64,000 nucleotides of DNA from an uncultured Methanomassiliicoccales archaeon (GCA_964348155.1 CAYGBN010000002.1:3520-67519), one strand, 5' to 3'. Counted from the stretch's first letter, positions 42,922-52,768 are shown. Made by a program: numbers and translations. Notes: generated from the sequence alone by a model not told the origin.

Positions 42922-43770
42922 GTGGCGACGTCAGGGGACCTCCTCCAGGGCATCCCCGTCACGGACGATCACGTCCACTTCCGACCCGGAGGGCGGATGG
43001 AGGCTGCCCTGCGGGGCTTCCGCCGTCATGGGGGCCGTCGCATCCTCTTGGTCCACGCGCCTTACGAGGAGTGGCCCGTCGTCCGCGTGGACTTCGAGAA
43101 GGCCTACGGGGTGACGCTGGGCCTAGCGCGGAGCGCGCGCCACCTGGGCGTGGAGGTCCAGGTGGCCCTCGGCCCCCACCCCGTGGAGCTTCTGGCCCTG
43201 GAAAAGGCCCGAGGACTTCCCGCGGCCGTGGAGGCGATGAGATCCGGGATGGAGGCTGCCGTCGCCCACGTGGAGGAGGGGGAGGCCGTGGCCTTGGGGG
43301 AGATCGGCCGTCCCCACTTCCCGGTGGGCGAGGTCCAGTGGGAGGCCTCCAACGACCTCATGGCCTACGGGATGGAGCTCGCTCGGCAGGTCGGGTGTCC
43401 CGTGATCCTCCACACCGAGGAGGCCACGCCGGAGGTGTACCAGGACCTGGCGGCCCGGGCGGCGAAGGTCGGGCTGCCCCCGGAGCGGGTGGTGAAGCAC
43501 CACGCCGGCCCCCAGGTGCGTCCCGAGGAGACCCATGGCCTCTTCCCCTCCGTGGTGGCCAAGCGGCGCCACCTCGAGGAGGCGGCCAGCAAGGGGCTCC
43601 GCTTCCTCATGGAGACGGACTACCTCGACGACCCCCAGCGTCCGGGGGCCGTCCTGGGACTCAACACCGTGCCGCGGCGATGCGCGCGCCTGCTGCAGGA
43701 CGGCGTCCTCACCCGCGAGGGGCTCTTTCGCATCCACGAAGAGAACGTCCGTCGCGTCTACGGGGTGTAG
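42922..43770 (+). CDS. TIM-barrel metal-dependent hydrolase, TatD-related (COG1099-like)
   Basis: …PVTDDHVHFRPGG…LGEIGRPHFPV…PVILHTEEA… Metal-binding His/Glu pattern of TatD-like hydrolases. Confidence 0.55.
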   Translation: MATSGDLLQGIPVTDDHVHFRPGGRMEAALRGFRRHGGRRILLVHAPYEEWPVVRVDFEKAYGVTLGLARSARHLGVEVQVALGPHPVELLALEKARGLPAAVEAMRSGMEAAVAHVEEGEAVALGEIGRPHFPVGEVQWEASNDLMAYGMELARQVGCPVILHTEEATPEVYQDLAARAAKVGLPPERVVKHHAGPQVRPEETHGLFPSVVAKRRHLEEAASKGLRFLMETDYLDDPQRPGAVLGLNTVPRRCARLLQDGVLTREGLFRIHEENVRRVYGV

Positions 43771-43771
43771 C

Positions 43772-44047
43772 CTACCGCCGGACGACGAAGCCCTCAAAGG
43801 CCCCTCTCGGCTCCTCCCACGCCACCTTCGTCTCCGTCACCCTGGCGCGAGGCTGGTCGTGCTGGCACCACGCGATGAGGGCCTCCACTCGCTCTCGGGA
43901 CCCCTCCATGACGGCCTCAACGGAGCCGTCGGGAAGGTTGCGCACCCATCCCTCCACGCCCAGCTCCCGGGCCTTCCGCCGGGCGTTGTCCCGGAAGAAG
44001 ACGCCTTGGACCCGTCCGAAGAAGAGCACGTGGGCCCGGGCCTCCAT
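43772..44047 (-). CDS. acyP: Acylphosphatase
   Basis: [43 protein letters not shown]… Acylphosphatase signatures. Confidence 0.85.
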   Translation of the reverse strand: MEARAHVLFFGRVQGVFFRDNARRKARELGVEGWVRNLPDGSVEAVMEGSRERVEALIAWCQHDQPRARVTETKVAWEEPRGAFEGFVVRR

Positions 44048-44137
44048 GGAGGGGCATGCGGGGGGCGGCTTATGATGCCTTCGTGCAGTACCCTCTTATA
44101 GGCAGCCCTCCTTGAAAGGCCCTCCCGACGTGATGGA

Positions 44138-45289
44138 ATGGCGCAGGCCACGCTCCTGGACCTCCGGGTGAAGGACCTCATGTCCAGGAATCCCATGACG
44201 TCGTCCCCCGACGAGGAGGTCTCCAAGGTTCTCGGGATGATGCGACAGCACGACATCCACGAGGTGCCCGTGGTTCGGGGGGAGACCTTTCTGGGCATGG
44301 TCTCGTACGCCACCGTCCTCCAGCGTCGCAACCTCCCCATGACGACGCGGATCGAGAGCCTGCTCGTCCGCCCCCCCGCCATCCACGAGGAGGACGTCCT
44401 GCCCCCGGTGGCGGAGATCCTCATGTCCTCGGGGTTCCGGGCCCTCCCCGTGCTCGAGGGGGAGCGCCTGGTGGGGCTGGTCTCGCGCACCGACCTCGCC
44501 CGGGCCATCGCCGAGGCGCCGGACCTCGCGGACCTGCCCATCCCGCGGGTCATGACGCCGGATCCCCACGTGGTCCAGGAGGAGGAGACGGTGCGCAGGG
44601 CGCGGGATCTGATGCGGGAGCTGGACGAGCGGGCCCTGCCCGTGGTGGACGCCAAGGGGAAGGTGACGGGTGTCGTGGGGCTCAAGGACCTCGTGGAGGT
44701 GTTCGCGCGGCCGCGAGAGAGGGCGACCCGCGGGGACGTGGGCGGTGAGCGGACGCCGGTGGACGTGGAGGTCAAGGGGGTCATGAGCACGCCGCCGGTG
44801 ACCGTGGGGGTGGAGCAGAGCGCCGCCGAGGCCGCCCGCCTCATGGACGAATTCGGGATCTCCAGCGTCGTGGTCGTGGACGGGGGCCGCCCCATCGGCA
44901 TCGTCACCCAGGTCGACCTCTTGGAGCAGCTCGCCTCCCTCCAGACCCGGGAGGAGGCCTTCGTCCAGATCAGCGGCCTGGACAACGAGGACTGGTGGAC
45001 GTACGAGATTCTCTACGCCGCCATCGGACGGGGGCTGCGCCGCATCGCCAACATCGTCCACCCCCGGATCCTCAACGTGCACGTGGTCACCCACCGGACC
45101 GGCGGGGACACGAACAAGTACTCCATCCGGGCCCGCCTGACGACGACGGACGGGCTCTACGTCGCCCGCGACTACGACTGGGACCCCTGGATGGCCATGC
45201 AAAAGGTCATGGAGCAGTTCGAGCGGCGGATCAAGAAGGAGAAGGAGCAGAGCGTGGACCGCCGCAAGCGGCCGCGGCGGCCGGGCTAG
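44138..45289 (+). CDS. CBS-domain protein (two CBS pairs) with a C-terminal uncharacterised domain
   Basis: Four CBS repeats (…VKDLMSRNPMTSSPD…, …VAEILMSSGFRALPVLEG…, …IPRVMTPDPHVVQEE…, …VKGVMSTPPVTVGVEQS…) and a C-terminal ~120-aa domain with a basic tail. Confidence 0.7.
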   Translation: MAQATLLDLRVKDLMSRNPMTSSPDEEVSKVLGMMRQHDIHEVPVVRGETFLGMVSYATVLQRRNLPMTTRIESLLVRPPAIHEEDVLPPVAEILMSSGFRALPVLEGERLVGLVSRTDLARAIAEAPDLADLPIPRVMTPDPHVVQEEETVRRARDLMRELDERALPVVDAKGKVTGVVGLKDLVEVFARPRERATRGDVGGERTPVDVEVKGVMSTPPVTVGVEQSAAEAARLMDEFGISSVVVVDGGRPIGIVTQVDLLEQLASLQTREEAFVQISGLDNEDWWTYEILYAAIGRGLRRIANIVHPRILNVHVVTHRTGGDTNKYSIRARLTTTDGLYVARDYDWDPWMAMQKVMEQFERRIKKEKEQSVDRRKRPRRPG

Positions 45290-45290
45290 C

Positions 45291-45968
45291 TCAGATCTGG
45301 CGGAACTCCCGGGTCAGAAGGGCCCGCTGCCGCTCCACCAGGCTGAGCAGGTCGATGGGAAGGAGGAGCTTCCCCCCGTGGGAGGGCATGGCGTCCTTCA
45401 GGTCCTGGAGGAGCTTCATAACCTCCGTGAAGCTGTTCTGCACGAAGAGGTATTCCACCCCATCCAGGAGGATCACGCCCTTCTCCTCGGCGTCCTCCGT
45501 CAGGAAGCGCTCCACGTGTTGGGAGAGATCCTCCAACGTGGCGAGGGCGCCCTCCTCCGCGGTGTGGCCGTTGGCCAGCCAGTAAAGGTCCGCCCCCTCC
45601 AGGTCCCAGCTCTCTTGGAGCTTCGCAGGGAAGGTGCGGCTAATGCAGAGACCCCGGTGGCCCTCCTTCAACTCCCGACGAAAGACCTTCAGCGCCTTCT
45701 GCTGCCCCTGGCTCACCATGTACGCCTCTACCCCCTCCAGCTCCGGGTGGCGCTCCACCTTCGGGGCCTCGGAGCGCAGCTCGCCCCAGAAGCGGCTCCG
45801 GCTGCGCTTCAGGTGCCGCACGGCCATGTAGAGGCCCACGAGGGTCGTCATGAAGAGGACCAGGAACATGGTGACGGCCCGCTCGGGGGACTGCATGACC
45901 GAGTCTGTGGGCAGCTCCGCAAGGGGGAGGAGACCTGCGAGTGGCAGGATGACAGGGCGCCTCGTCAT
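45291..45968 (-). CDS. DUF835-like protein with N-terminal membrane anchor
   Basis: N-terminal TM (AVTMFLVLFMTTLVGLYMAV). Soluble domain …GLCISRTFPAKL…VILLDGVEYLFVQNSFTEVMKLL… resembles DUF835. Confidence 0.45.
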   Translation of the reverse strand: MTRRPVILPLAGLLPLAELPTDSVMQSPERAVTMFLVLFMTTLVGLYMAVRHLKRSRSRFWGELRSEAPKVERHPELEGVEAYMVSQGQQKALKVFRRELKEGHRGLCISRTFPAKLQESWDLEGADLYWLANGHTAEEGALATLEDLSQHVERFLTEDAEEKGVILLDGVEYLFVQNSFTEVMKLLQDLKDAMPSHGGKLLLPIDLLSLVERQRALLTREFRQI

Positions 45969-46113
45969 CGACTGGACGTTCCAGGGGGTGCTGGCCTTAA
46001 ATGGATGCTGGGGCCATTTTCGCGTTTGATTCCCGGACGCGATAAGCGGACGCGGGCCGAGAGGTTACCGCGCAGGGTTTATCCGTCCCCGGCCCTTGCC
46101 CTCGACGACCTCG

Positions 46114-46233
46114 ATGCCCAAGTGCTACGAGTGCGGCACCAACGTCCGGGAGCCCGTGGACTTCTACTATTGCCCCACGTGCGGCGACTCCCTCTGCCCG
46201 ACCTGCCGGCGGGACCACACCCACTCCGACTAG
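46114..46233 (+). CDS. Small zinc-ribbon protein (39 aa)
   Basis: MPKCYECGTNVREPVDFYYCPTCGDSLCPTCRRDHTHSD. Two CxxC pairs. TATA-like GTTTATCC lies about 38 nt upstream. Not in the ORF track (below 60 aa). Confidence 0.35.
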   Translation: MPKCYECGTNVREPVDFYYCPTCGDSLCPTCRRDHTHSD

Positions 46234-47318
46234 ATCTCCAGCAGTTCCCTCGTAGCGGGGGTGAGGACCTCCACCCCTTCCGCCGTCACCAGGACGTCGT
46301 CCTCAATGCGGACGCCCCCGTATCCCGGGAGGTAGACCCCGGGCTCCACCGTGAGGGCCATGCCCTCCTCCAGGGGGAGGCTCACGGACGCCCGCATGGC
46401 CACCCCGTCGTGGACCGCCAGGCCGATGCTGTGGCCCAGGCCGTGGGTGAAGCGGTCCTTGAACTCCGTGGCGTCGATCACCCGCTGGGCCGCCAGATGG
46501 ACCTCCCGGCCGTCCACCCCCGGCTTCATGGCGGCGAGGGCGGCCTGCTGGGCGTCCAAGACGACCTCGTGGATCCTCCGCTGCTTGCGACCCGCGCGAC
46601 CCACCACCACCGTCCGGGTCACGTCCGAGGCATATCCCCGGTACAAGGCGCCGAAGTCCATGAGGAGGAAGTCCCCGTCCTGCACGCGGCGATCCGCCGT
46701 CTCGTAGTGCGGCAGGGCGGAGTTGGGCCCAGAGGCGACGATGGAGCGGAAGGAGGGACCCGAGGCGCCCTTCTGCTGCATGAGGTAGCTCAGCTCGGCG
46801 GCGATCTCCGACTCGGACCGGCCCACCTGGATGTAGGGGAGGAGCTCCTCCCAGGCCTCCACGGCGATGGCGCAGGCCCGTCGGAGGGTCTCCACCTCCT
46901 TCGCGTCCTTCACCTGCCGCGCCTGCACGACGGCCTCGGAGACGTCGACGATCTCCGCCTCGGGGCACGCGGCCCGGAGGTCCTGGAAGCCGGCGTAGGT
47001 GAGCTCCCGGCCGTTGATGCCCAGGCTCAGGACGCTGTCGAGGTGCGCCTGGAGGGCTGCCTGCCTCTCCTCCTTCGTGGCGAAGACCTCCACGGGGTTG
47101 CCGAAGGCCTGGGCGATGTCCGCCTCCAGGCGTGAGGTGAGGACGTGGCACCCTCCGTCGGGTCGCAGCAGGGCCGCGCAGCCTTCGAACAGCCCCCCAT
47201 GGATCCCCGTGGCGTAGAAGAACGTGTGATCCAGGTGGGGCTCCGTCCCGTTGAGGAGGGCGATGGCATCGGGGGCCTCCTCCAGGAAGCGAAAGATGCG
47301 CCGGACCCGGGCCTCCAT
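46230..47318 (-). CDS. M24-family Xaa-Pro aminopeptidase/dipeptidase
   Basis: …HYETADRRVQDGDFLLMDFGALYRGYASDVTRT…HGLGHSIGLAVHD…VEPGVY…IEDDVLV. Pita-bread fold with metal ligands. Start assigned to the internal ATG (MEARVRRIF). Confidence 0.85.
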   Translation of the reverse strand: MEARVRRIFRFLEEAPDAIALLNGTEPHLDHTFFYATGIHGGLFEGCAALLRPDGGCHVLTSRLEADIAQAFGNPVEVFATKEERQAALQAHLDSVLSLGINGRELTYAGFQDLRAACPEAEIVDVSEAVVQARQVKDAKEVETLRRACAIAVEAWEELLPYIQVGRSESEIAAELSYLMQQKGASGPSFRSIVASGPNSALPHYETADRRVQDGDFLLMDFGALYRGYASDVTRTVVVGRAGRKQRRIHEVVLDAQQAALAAMKPGVDGREVHLAAQRVIDATEFKDRFTHGLGHSIGLAVHDGVAMRASVSLPLEEGMALTVEPGVYLPGYGGVRIEDDVLVTAEGVEVLTPATRELLEI

Positions 47319-47372
47319 GGGCCGACGTAGGCGAGGGGTAAGGATAAAGGTTGGGAGCCCCTGGTCCACGAG

Positions 47373-47714
47373 ATGCCCCGCCGACGGAGGGGGCTGGAGA
47401 GGCGGATCGCCCGGGAGCGCATGGAGCTCCTCTTCGAGCTTGCGGAGGAGGAAGGGTTGCGCGGGCGGAAGGCCCGGGCCGACCGGTACGCCCGGCGGGC
47501 CCGACGCATCGGGATGCGGTACAACGTTCCCCTCCCCAAGCCCCTTCGGCTCCGCCTCTGTCGCCGCTGCGGGAGCCACCTCCTTCCCGGGGAGACGGCG
47601 ACCGTCCGCCTGCGGCCATCCCGGGTGGTGGTCACGTGCCAGGCGTGCGGAACGGTGTACCGCCACCCGTTCCTGCGGGAGGCCAAGGCGCGCCGGGCGT
47701 CTAGTACGCCGTAG
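47373..47714 (+). CDS. RNase P protein component Rpp21 (Rnp4)
   Basis: …RIARERMELLFELAEEE…RYARRARRIGMRYNVPLPK…LCRRCGSHLLPGETATVRL…VVVTCQACG. Rpp21 Zn-ribbon family. Confidence 0.8.
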   Translation: MPRRRRGLERRIARERMELLFELAEEEGLRGRKARADRYARRARRIGMRYNVPLPKPLRLRLCRRCGSHLLPGETATVRLRPSRVVVTCQACGTVYRHPFLREAKARRASSTP

Positions 47715-48537
47715 TCATGTCGATCTTTCCCTTCTTCCTGGCTAGATGCTCGGCCAGGTGGAAGACCCCCAGGGAGAGGAGGAAGAAGACGGCCGTCGAT
47801 CCCGCGAGGATGAGAAAGATGACCGCGTCGGGCATGGACAGGAGATAGGGGTCGCCGAAGGTCAGCGGGGGCAGCACGGCGCGGCGCAGGCCCTCGAACC
47901 AGTACGTGAGGGGGATGTAGCGGCCGAAGGTCTGCGCCCAGGACGGGAGGATTGACAGCGGGAAGATCACGCCGGAGAAGATGTAGAAGACGCCGGCCAC
48001 CCCCTCGCTGATCCCCATGCCGTGCCGGGCGGTGAAGAAGGTGATGCCGGCGATGGAGATGCCAATGGCCACCGTGACCAGGGCCCCCAGGAGGAGAATG
48101 CCCAGGAAGAAAGGCATCTTCCCGAGGGTGAGTCCCAGCGTCACCCCCGGGATGACGAAGTGGCCGAAGAGGAGGACGATGGCCACCCCGAACCCCGCCA
48201 CCATCATCTGCGTGGCCCCCCGGCCGGCGACGTAGGCGTAGTAGCTGATGGGGGAGATGTAGACGTAAGTGATCGTGCGGAACCACTCCCGATCCCCTTG
48301 AATGACCTCCAAGAGCCCCCAGAAGGCCTGGAAGACGAACATGTAGAAGGCCGCTCCCACGTAGATGAAGGAGAGCATCTCGGGCTGAGAGGCGCCCCCG
48401 GCCAAGGCGGCCACGAAGAAGACGAAGACCAGGATGAGGCTGCCGGAGATGGGCTTGATGACGGAGTAGATCACGAAGAGCCAGGGCTCCGTCCAGTTGG
48501 AGCTGTACTGCCAGCCCAACCACGCTCCCGTCTTCAC
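47701..48537 (-). CDS. ABC-2 family transporter permease
   Basis: 6-TM ABC-2 permease (…LFVIYSVIKPISGSLILVFVFFVAALAGG…). Start assigned to an in-frame GTG after the upstream permease's stop. Confidence 0.7.
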   Translation of the reverse strand: MKTGAWLGWQYSSNWTEPWLFVIYSVIKPISGSLILVFVFFVAALAGGASQPEMLSFIYVGAAFYMFVFQAFWGLLEVIQGDREWFRTITYVYISPISYYAYVAGRGATQMMVAGFGVAIVLLFGHFVIPGVTLGLTLGKMPFFLGILLLGALVTVAIGISIAGITFFTARHGMGISEGVAGVFYIFSGVIFPLSILPSWAQTFGRYIPLTYWFEGLRRAVLPPLTFGDPYLLSMPDAVIFLILAGSTAVFFLLSLGVFHLAEHLARKKGKIDMTTAY

Positions 48538-48554
48538 GGCCCTCCAGTGCTGGT

Positions 48555-49386
48555 CTATTGATGGCGTAGGGTCAACCTCCCTTGCTCCTTGCCCAGCCGC
48601 TCCAGATAGGCCAGGGAGGCCCTCGCCAGGAGCAGAAAGATGGGCGTCAAGATGAGGAGGATGAGGAATTCCACGCCCGCCGGGAGGAGGGCGAACTCCA
48701 AGAGGTCGGGGAAGAGGAGCTGGCGAATGGCGTCCAGGCCCAGGGTCATGGGGATGATCGAGGCGCCCGCAGCCACCCAGAAGCCCCCGGGCCCCAGGGC
48801 TTGGACGAAGATGCGAATGGGGAAGAACAGGCCGGAGGCCAGGAAGACGGGCTCCTGCATGAGGGCGGCGGCGTTCCATGCCTCCCGGCCGTACAGCAGA
48901 TAGACGGAAGCGAACAGCATCCCCAGGCCGTACAGCGCGACCAGCGTCACGAGGAAGATGGCCGTCAGCAAGAGGGGATCCAGCACCACCAGGTTGACCC
49001 GGAAGATCACGATGCCGATGACGAGGGTGGCGGCCGCCCGCGTGGAGGTCATCACGGCTCCCCCAACCGCCATGCCTCCCAGGAGGGCCATGCGCGACAT
49101 GGGGGCCATCATGTACAGGCTGAGGTTGCCGATCTGCTTCTCCCAGTAGAGCTGGGCCGCCATGCTCCAGAGGACGTTCATCCAGAACGCCACCATGGTG
49201 CCCCCGAGGATGACGAAGCCGGCGAACATCCCCACCCCTAGGGATTCGTAAATCAGGACGTACGCGGAGACGGTGAGGAGGGGGAGCACCGTCTCGAAGA
49301 AGATCCAGCTGGGCTCCCGCTGGGCCCCGATGACACGGGGGTACGCCCGGCCGACCAGGGCCTTCAGGTTCAGCCTCGCGTTCACC
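48555..49386 (-). CDS. ABC-2 family transporter permease
   Basis: 6-TM permease (…SWIFFETVLPLLTVSAYVLIYESLG…). GTG start overlapping the ATPase stop (GTGA). Confidence 0.7.
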
Positions 49387-49387
49387 C

Positions 49388-50392
49388 TCACTCCAACCCC
49401 CTCCCCACCAGGCTGATGAAGACCTCCTCCAGGGTGGGCTCCGCCTTTCGGAGGGAGTGGACCCTCCCGCCCTGGCGGATGATCTCCGACATGATGTCGG
49501 CAATGGGGGCGTCGTCCTCCAGGATGAAGGTCACTGTCATCTGCCCCATCGAGGCATCCCCCGCGACGGCGAAGTTCTTCACGCCCCCGATTCGGCGGAA
49601 GACCTCGGTCTCCTTCAACGGATCCGTCTCCACCTTCAGGGTCACGTCTTGCTTGACCATCCGCTTCAGCCGGTCGGGGGTGTCGCAGGCCAGGATGCGG
49701 CCGTGGTCGATGATGGCGATGCGGTCGCAGAGCTCGTCCGCCTCCGCCATGTAGTGGGTCGTCAGCAGGACCGTCCGCCCGGTGTCGTCCTGAATCCACT
49801 CCTGCACGAAGCGTCGAATGGAGCGGGCCGCCTGGACGTCCAGGCCCAGGGTGGGCTCGTCGAGAAACACGATGCTGGGCTTCGTGATGAAGCCCCGGAT
49901 CATGTTCATCTTCTGGCGCTCCCCCGTGGAGAGGGTTCGGACCTTGGCGTTCACGCGGTCCGTCAGGTCGAACTCCCCCGCCAGACGGTCGATCTCCTCG
50001 TTCACCCAGCGGGAGGGCATGCCGTAGAACTGGGAGAACATCCAGATGTTCTCCCGGGCCGTGAGAAGGCCGTAGCCCGTGGTCTCCCCTCCAGACACCA
50101 TGTTGATGCGCTGGCGGATGGGGAAGGGATCCTTCGAGACGTCAAACCCTGCGACGAAGGCCTGGCCCGACGTAGGCAGGAGGAGGGTCGACAGGATCTT
50201 CAGGAGGGTGGTCTTCCCGGCGCCGTTGGGCCCCAAGAGGCCGAAGAGCTCACCCTCGGCGATGCGCAGGTCGACCTTGTCCAAGGCCACGACCTCCTTC
50301 TCCCCGTCTTCCTGGGATCGCTTCCGCTGGCGGCGGCGTCTCCGGCGGCCGAAGACCCTTGTCAGCTCCTCGGTGACGACGGCGTCTTGCAT
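49388..50392 (-). CDS. ABC transporter ATP-binding protein (ABC-2/DrrA-like)
   Basis: GLLGPNGAGKTTLLKIL (Walker A), LSTGERQKMNMIRGF (signature), IVFLDEPTLGLD (Walker B). Confidence 0.9.
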   Translation of the reverse strand: MQDAVVTEELTRVFGRRRRRRQRKRSQEDGEKEVVALDKVDLRIAEGELFGLLGPNGAGKTTLLKILSTLLLPTSGQAFVAGFDVSKDPFPIRQRINMVSGGETTGYGLLTARENIWMFSQFYGMPSRWVNEEIDRLAGEFDLTDRVNAKVRTLSTGERQKMNMIRGFITKPSIVFLDEPTLGLDVQAARSIRRFVQEWIQDDTGRTVLLTTHYMAEADELCDRIAIIDHGRILACDTPDRLKRMVKQDVTLKVETDPLKETEVFRRIGGVKNFAVAGDASMGQMTVTFILEDDAPIADIMSEIIRQGGRVHSLRKAEPTLEEVFISLVGRGLE

Positions 50393-50428
50393 GGACTCGC
50401 CCAGAACACCCGGGGGTCAGGCGGGACC

Positions 50429-50620
50429 TCACGTCTCTTGCGCCTTCTTCAACCGGGTGACGTACCCTGCGATTCGGTTGCGCATCTTGGCGGTGGTTAC
50501 GTCCGTCAACTCCCCCACGCGCTCCTTGTTGTGCTGGAAGTCCTCGTTGAACTGCTCCGGATAGAGCCTCGTGAGCTCCAGCGCGACGCGCTTGATGTAC
50601 GTGGGTCGGATGCTGCCCAT
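50429..50620 (-). CDS. rps17e: 30S ribosomal protein S17e
   Basis: MGSIRPTYIKRVALELTRLYPEQFNEDFQHNKERVGELTDV…. 63 aa. TATA-like CCTTTATC lies about 40 nt upstream. The N-terminal extension of the track ORF is artefact. Confidence 0.85.
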   Translation of the reverse strand: MGSIRPTYIKRVALELTRLYPEQFNEDFQHNKERVGELTDVTTAKMRNRIAGYVTRLKKAQET

Positions 50621-50819
50621 GGGGTGCTCTCCGTGGATGGGAGACGTACGCTCACGCCACCCCACGTGATAAAGGTTACTGGCCCTCGGCCGATTCCGTC
50701 CACGTAGGATGAAAGGGGCACCCGTTTTCGGGGAACAACCCTCGACTTTTCCGCGTCTTTTTCCTTCTGGACAACCAGTCCGCAACGCTTAAGTAACCCT
50801 CTCGTTTGACCTAGCGAAG

Positions 50820-51002
50820 GTGCAGCCATTGAGCGTGGAGGAGTCCCTATGCAACGTGGAGTTTCTTAAGAGCTCCAACACCTACGTTGCGAGGGTCCAG
50901 AGCGAGTTGGGCGGCCTCCGCGAGTACCGCAGCTCCACCTTCGAGGAGGTCCTGGAACAGGTCATCATCGACCTGCAGGAGGAGTTCGAGAGCACCTCCT
51001 GA
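50820..51002 (+). CDS. Small acidic hypothetical protein (60 aa)
   Basis: MQPLSVEESLCNVEFLKSSNTYVARVQSELGGLREYRSSTFEEVLEQVIIDLQEEFESTS. Native-like composition and high GC3. TATA-like CTTAAGTAA lies about 25 nt upstream of the GTG start, suggesting a leaderless transcript. No recognisable family. Confidence 0.35.
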   Translation: MQPLSVEESLCNVEFLKSSNTYVARVQSELGGLREYRSSTFEEVLEQVIIDLQEEFESTS

Positions 51003-51785
51003 TCACTCGCCTCGAAAGGCGGGCTTCCGCTTCTCGGTGAAGGCCTTCAACCCCTCGACCTTGTCCTCCGTGGAGAAGATCAGGCTGAAGGCCTCCCGTT
51101 CGTAGGAGAGGCCGGAGGAGAGGCCCACCTCCTGCGACTGCTGGACGGCGCTCTTCGCCATCTTCAGGGCCAAGGGTCCGCGCTCCAGCATGCGGCGGGC
51201 CAGCCGCCGGGCCTCCTCCATCAGCTCCCCGTGGGGTACGACCCGGTTCACCAGACCAATGCGGGCCGCCTCCTCGGCGTCCACCGGATCCCCCGTGAAG
51301 ATGAGCTCCGACGCCCTCCCCCGCCCCACCAGGCGGGTGAGGCGCTGCGTCCCGCCGAACCCCGGGAAGATGCCCAGGCCGACCTCCGGGAGGCCCAGCG
51401 TTGCCCGGTCGGAGGCCAGCCGCAGGTCGCAGGCCAGGGCGAGCTCGCACCCGCCCCCCAGGGCGTAGCCGTTGACGGCGGCGACGACGGGCTTCTCCAT
51501 CCGCTCCAGGAGGCGTGTGATCTCGTGCCCCAAGGCAGCAAACCTTCGGGTCTCCAGGGGCCTCATGGGGAGCATCTCCCGGATGTCCGCCCCCGCCACG
51601 AAGGCCTTGTCCCCCGCTCCCGTCAGGATGACGGCTCGGACGTCCTCCCGCCCCTCGACCTCCCGGAGGACGTCCCGCAGCTCCCGCAGGACCTCCAGGT
51701 TCAGGGCGTTCAGCGCCTCCGGCCGGTTTACCGTCACCTCGGCGAGGCCGTCCTCCACCTGGAGGCGCACGTGCCCCGCCGGCAT
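51003..51785 (-). CDS. Enoyl-CoA hydratase (crotonase family)
   Basis: …VAAVNGYALGGGCELALACDLRLAS…GLPEVGLGIFPGFGGTQRL…. Crotonase fold. Confidence 0.85.
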   Translation of the reverse strand: MPAGHVRLQVEDGLAEVTVNRPEALNALNLEVLRELRDVLREVEGREDVRAVILTGAGDKAFVAGADIREMLPMRPLETRRFAALGHEITRLLERMEKPVVAAVNGYALGGGCELALACDLRLASDRATLGLPEVGLGIFPGFGGTQRLTRLVGRGRASELIFTGDPVDAEEAARIGLVNRVVPHGELMEEARRLARRMLERGPLALKMAKSAVQQSQEVGLSSGLSYEREAFSLIFSTEDKVEGLKAFTEKRKPAFRGE

Positions 51786-52655
51786 CTACCCGCCTCGGTA
51801 GTCGTACACTCCGCGGCCCGCCTTGCGGCCCACGCGGCCCGCCCGGACGTACTGCCGCAGGAGGGGGGAGGGGCGGAACCGGGGATCCCCGGTCTCCCGG
51901 TGCAGCACCTCCATGACCGCCAGGCCGACGTCCAGGCCCGTGAAGTCCGCGAGCTCGAAGGGACCCATGGGCATGTTCGTCCCCAGCTTCATGGCCTTGT
52001 CGATGTCCTCCGGCGTGGCCACCCCCTCTTGGAGGAGGTTGAAGGCCTCGTTCATCATGGGCACCAGGAGCCGGTTCACCACGAAACCGGCGGACTCCAC
52101 TACCTCCACGGGCTCCTTTCCCAGCCGTTCGCTGAGGGCCCGTCCCAGGGCCATGGTCTCGTCGGAGGTCTCGGAGCCCCGGATGAGCTCGACGAGCCTC
52201 ATGACGGGGGCGGGGTTGAAGAAGTGCATCCCCAGGAACCGATCCGGTCGGGCGGTGACGGCGGCCATCTCCGTCACGCTGAGGGACGAGGTGTTGGAGG
52301 CGAAGACCACCTCCGGGCGGCAGGCCGCGTCGACGGCCCCGTAGACCTCCTTCTTCACCGCCATGTCCTCGAAGACGGCCTCGATGACAAAGTCAGCGTC
52401 CTTCGCCGTCGCCTTTAGGTCCGTGGAACCCTGAATGCGGTCGAGGATCTCCTCCACCTCCTCCTGGGCCATCTTCCCCTTGGCGACGCGCTTCTCCAGG
52501 GGCGTCCGAATCCTGCCGAAGCCTCCCTCCACGAACTCGTCCGTCAGGTCCATCATGGTGACCCGGAAGCCCGCCTGGCTGCAGGTCTGGGCGATGCCCG
52601 CACCCATGGTTCCGGCCCCCAGGACGGCGATCCGCTTGATGTCCTCGACCTTCAT
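51786..52655 (-). CDS. 3-hydroxyacyl-CoA (3-hydroxybutyryl-CoA) dehydrogenase
   Basis: MKVEDIKRIAVLGAGTMGAGIAQ (Rossmann) plus C-terminal 3HCDH domain. A 1-nt gap to the crotonase gene suggests an operon. Confidence 0.85.
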   Translation of the reverse strand: MKVEDIKRIAVLGAGTMGAGIAQTCSQAGFRVTMMDLTDEFVEGGFGRIRTPLEKRVAKGKMAQEEVEEILDRIQGSTDLKATAKDADFVIEAVFEDMAVKKEVYGAVDAACRPEVVFASNTSSLSVTEMAAVTARPDRFLGMHFFNPAPVMRLVELIRGSETSDETMALGRALSERLGKEPVEVVESAGFVVNRLLVPMMNEAFNLLQEGVATPEDIDKAMKLGTNMPMGPFELADFTGLDVGLAVMEVLHRETGDPRFRPSPLLRQYVRAGRVGRKAGRGVYDYRGG

Positions 52656-52768
52656 GTTCCTCCCTGCTGAAGCCAACCGCCGGGCCGTATAACTAGCTTT
52701 GTCACGGGCGCTGGCGAGGCTGCAATCCCAGAAGAACGCAGCGCCCTGCTGTTGCGCGGGTACGCCCG

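Noticed and set aside
45378-47135. 585-aa plus-strand ORF antisense to the DUF835 and M24 peptidase genes
   Set aside because: Low-complexity, no motifs. M24 metal-ligand motifs are on the minus strand.
50700-50820. C/D-box sRNA (sequence GGATGAAA resembles a C box)
   Set aside because: No matching D box (CUGA) at the appropriate 3' position and no terminal stem. Only a weak single-motif resemblance.
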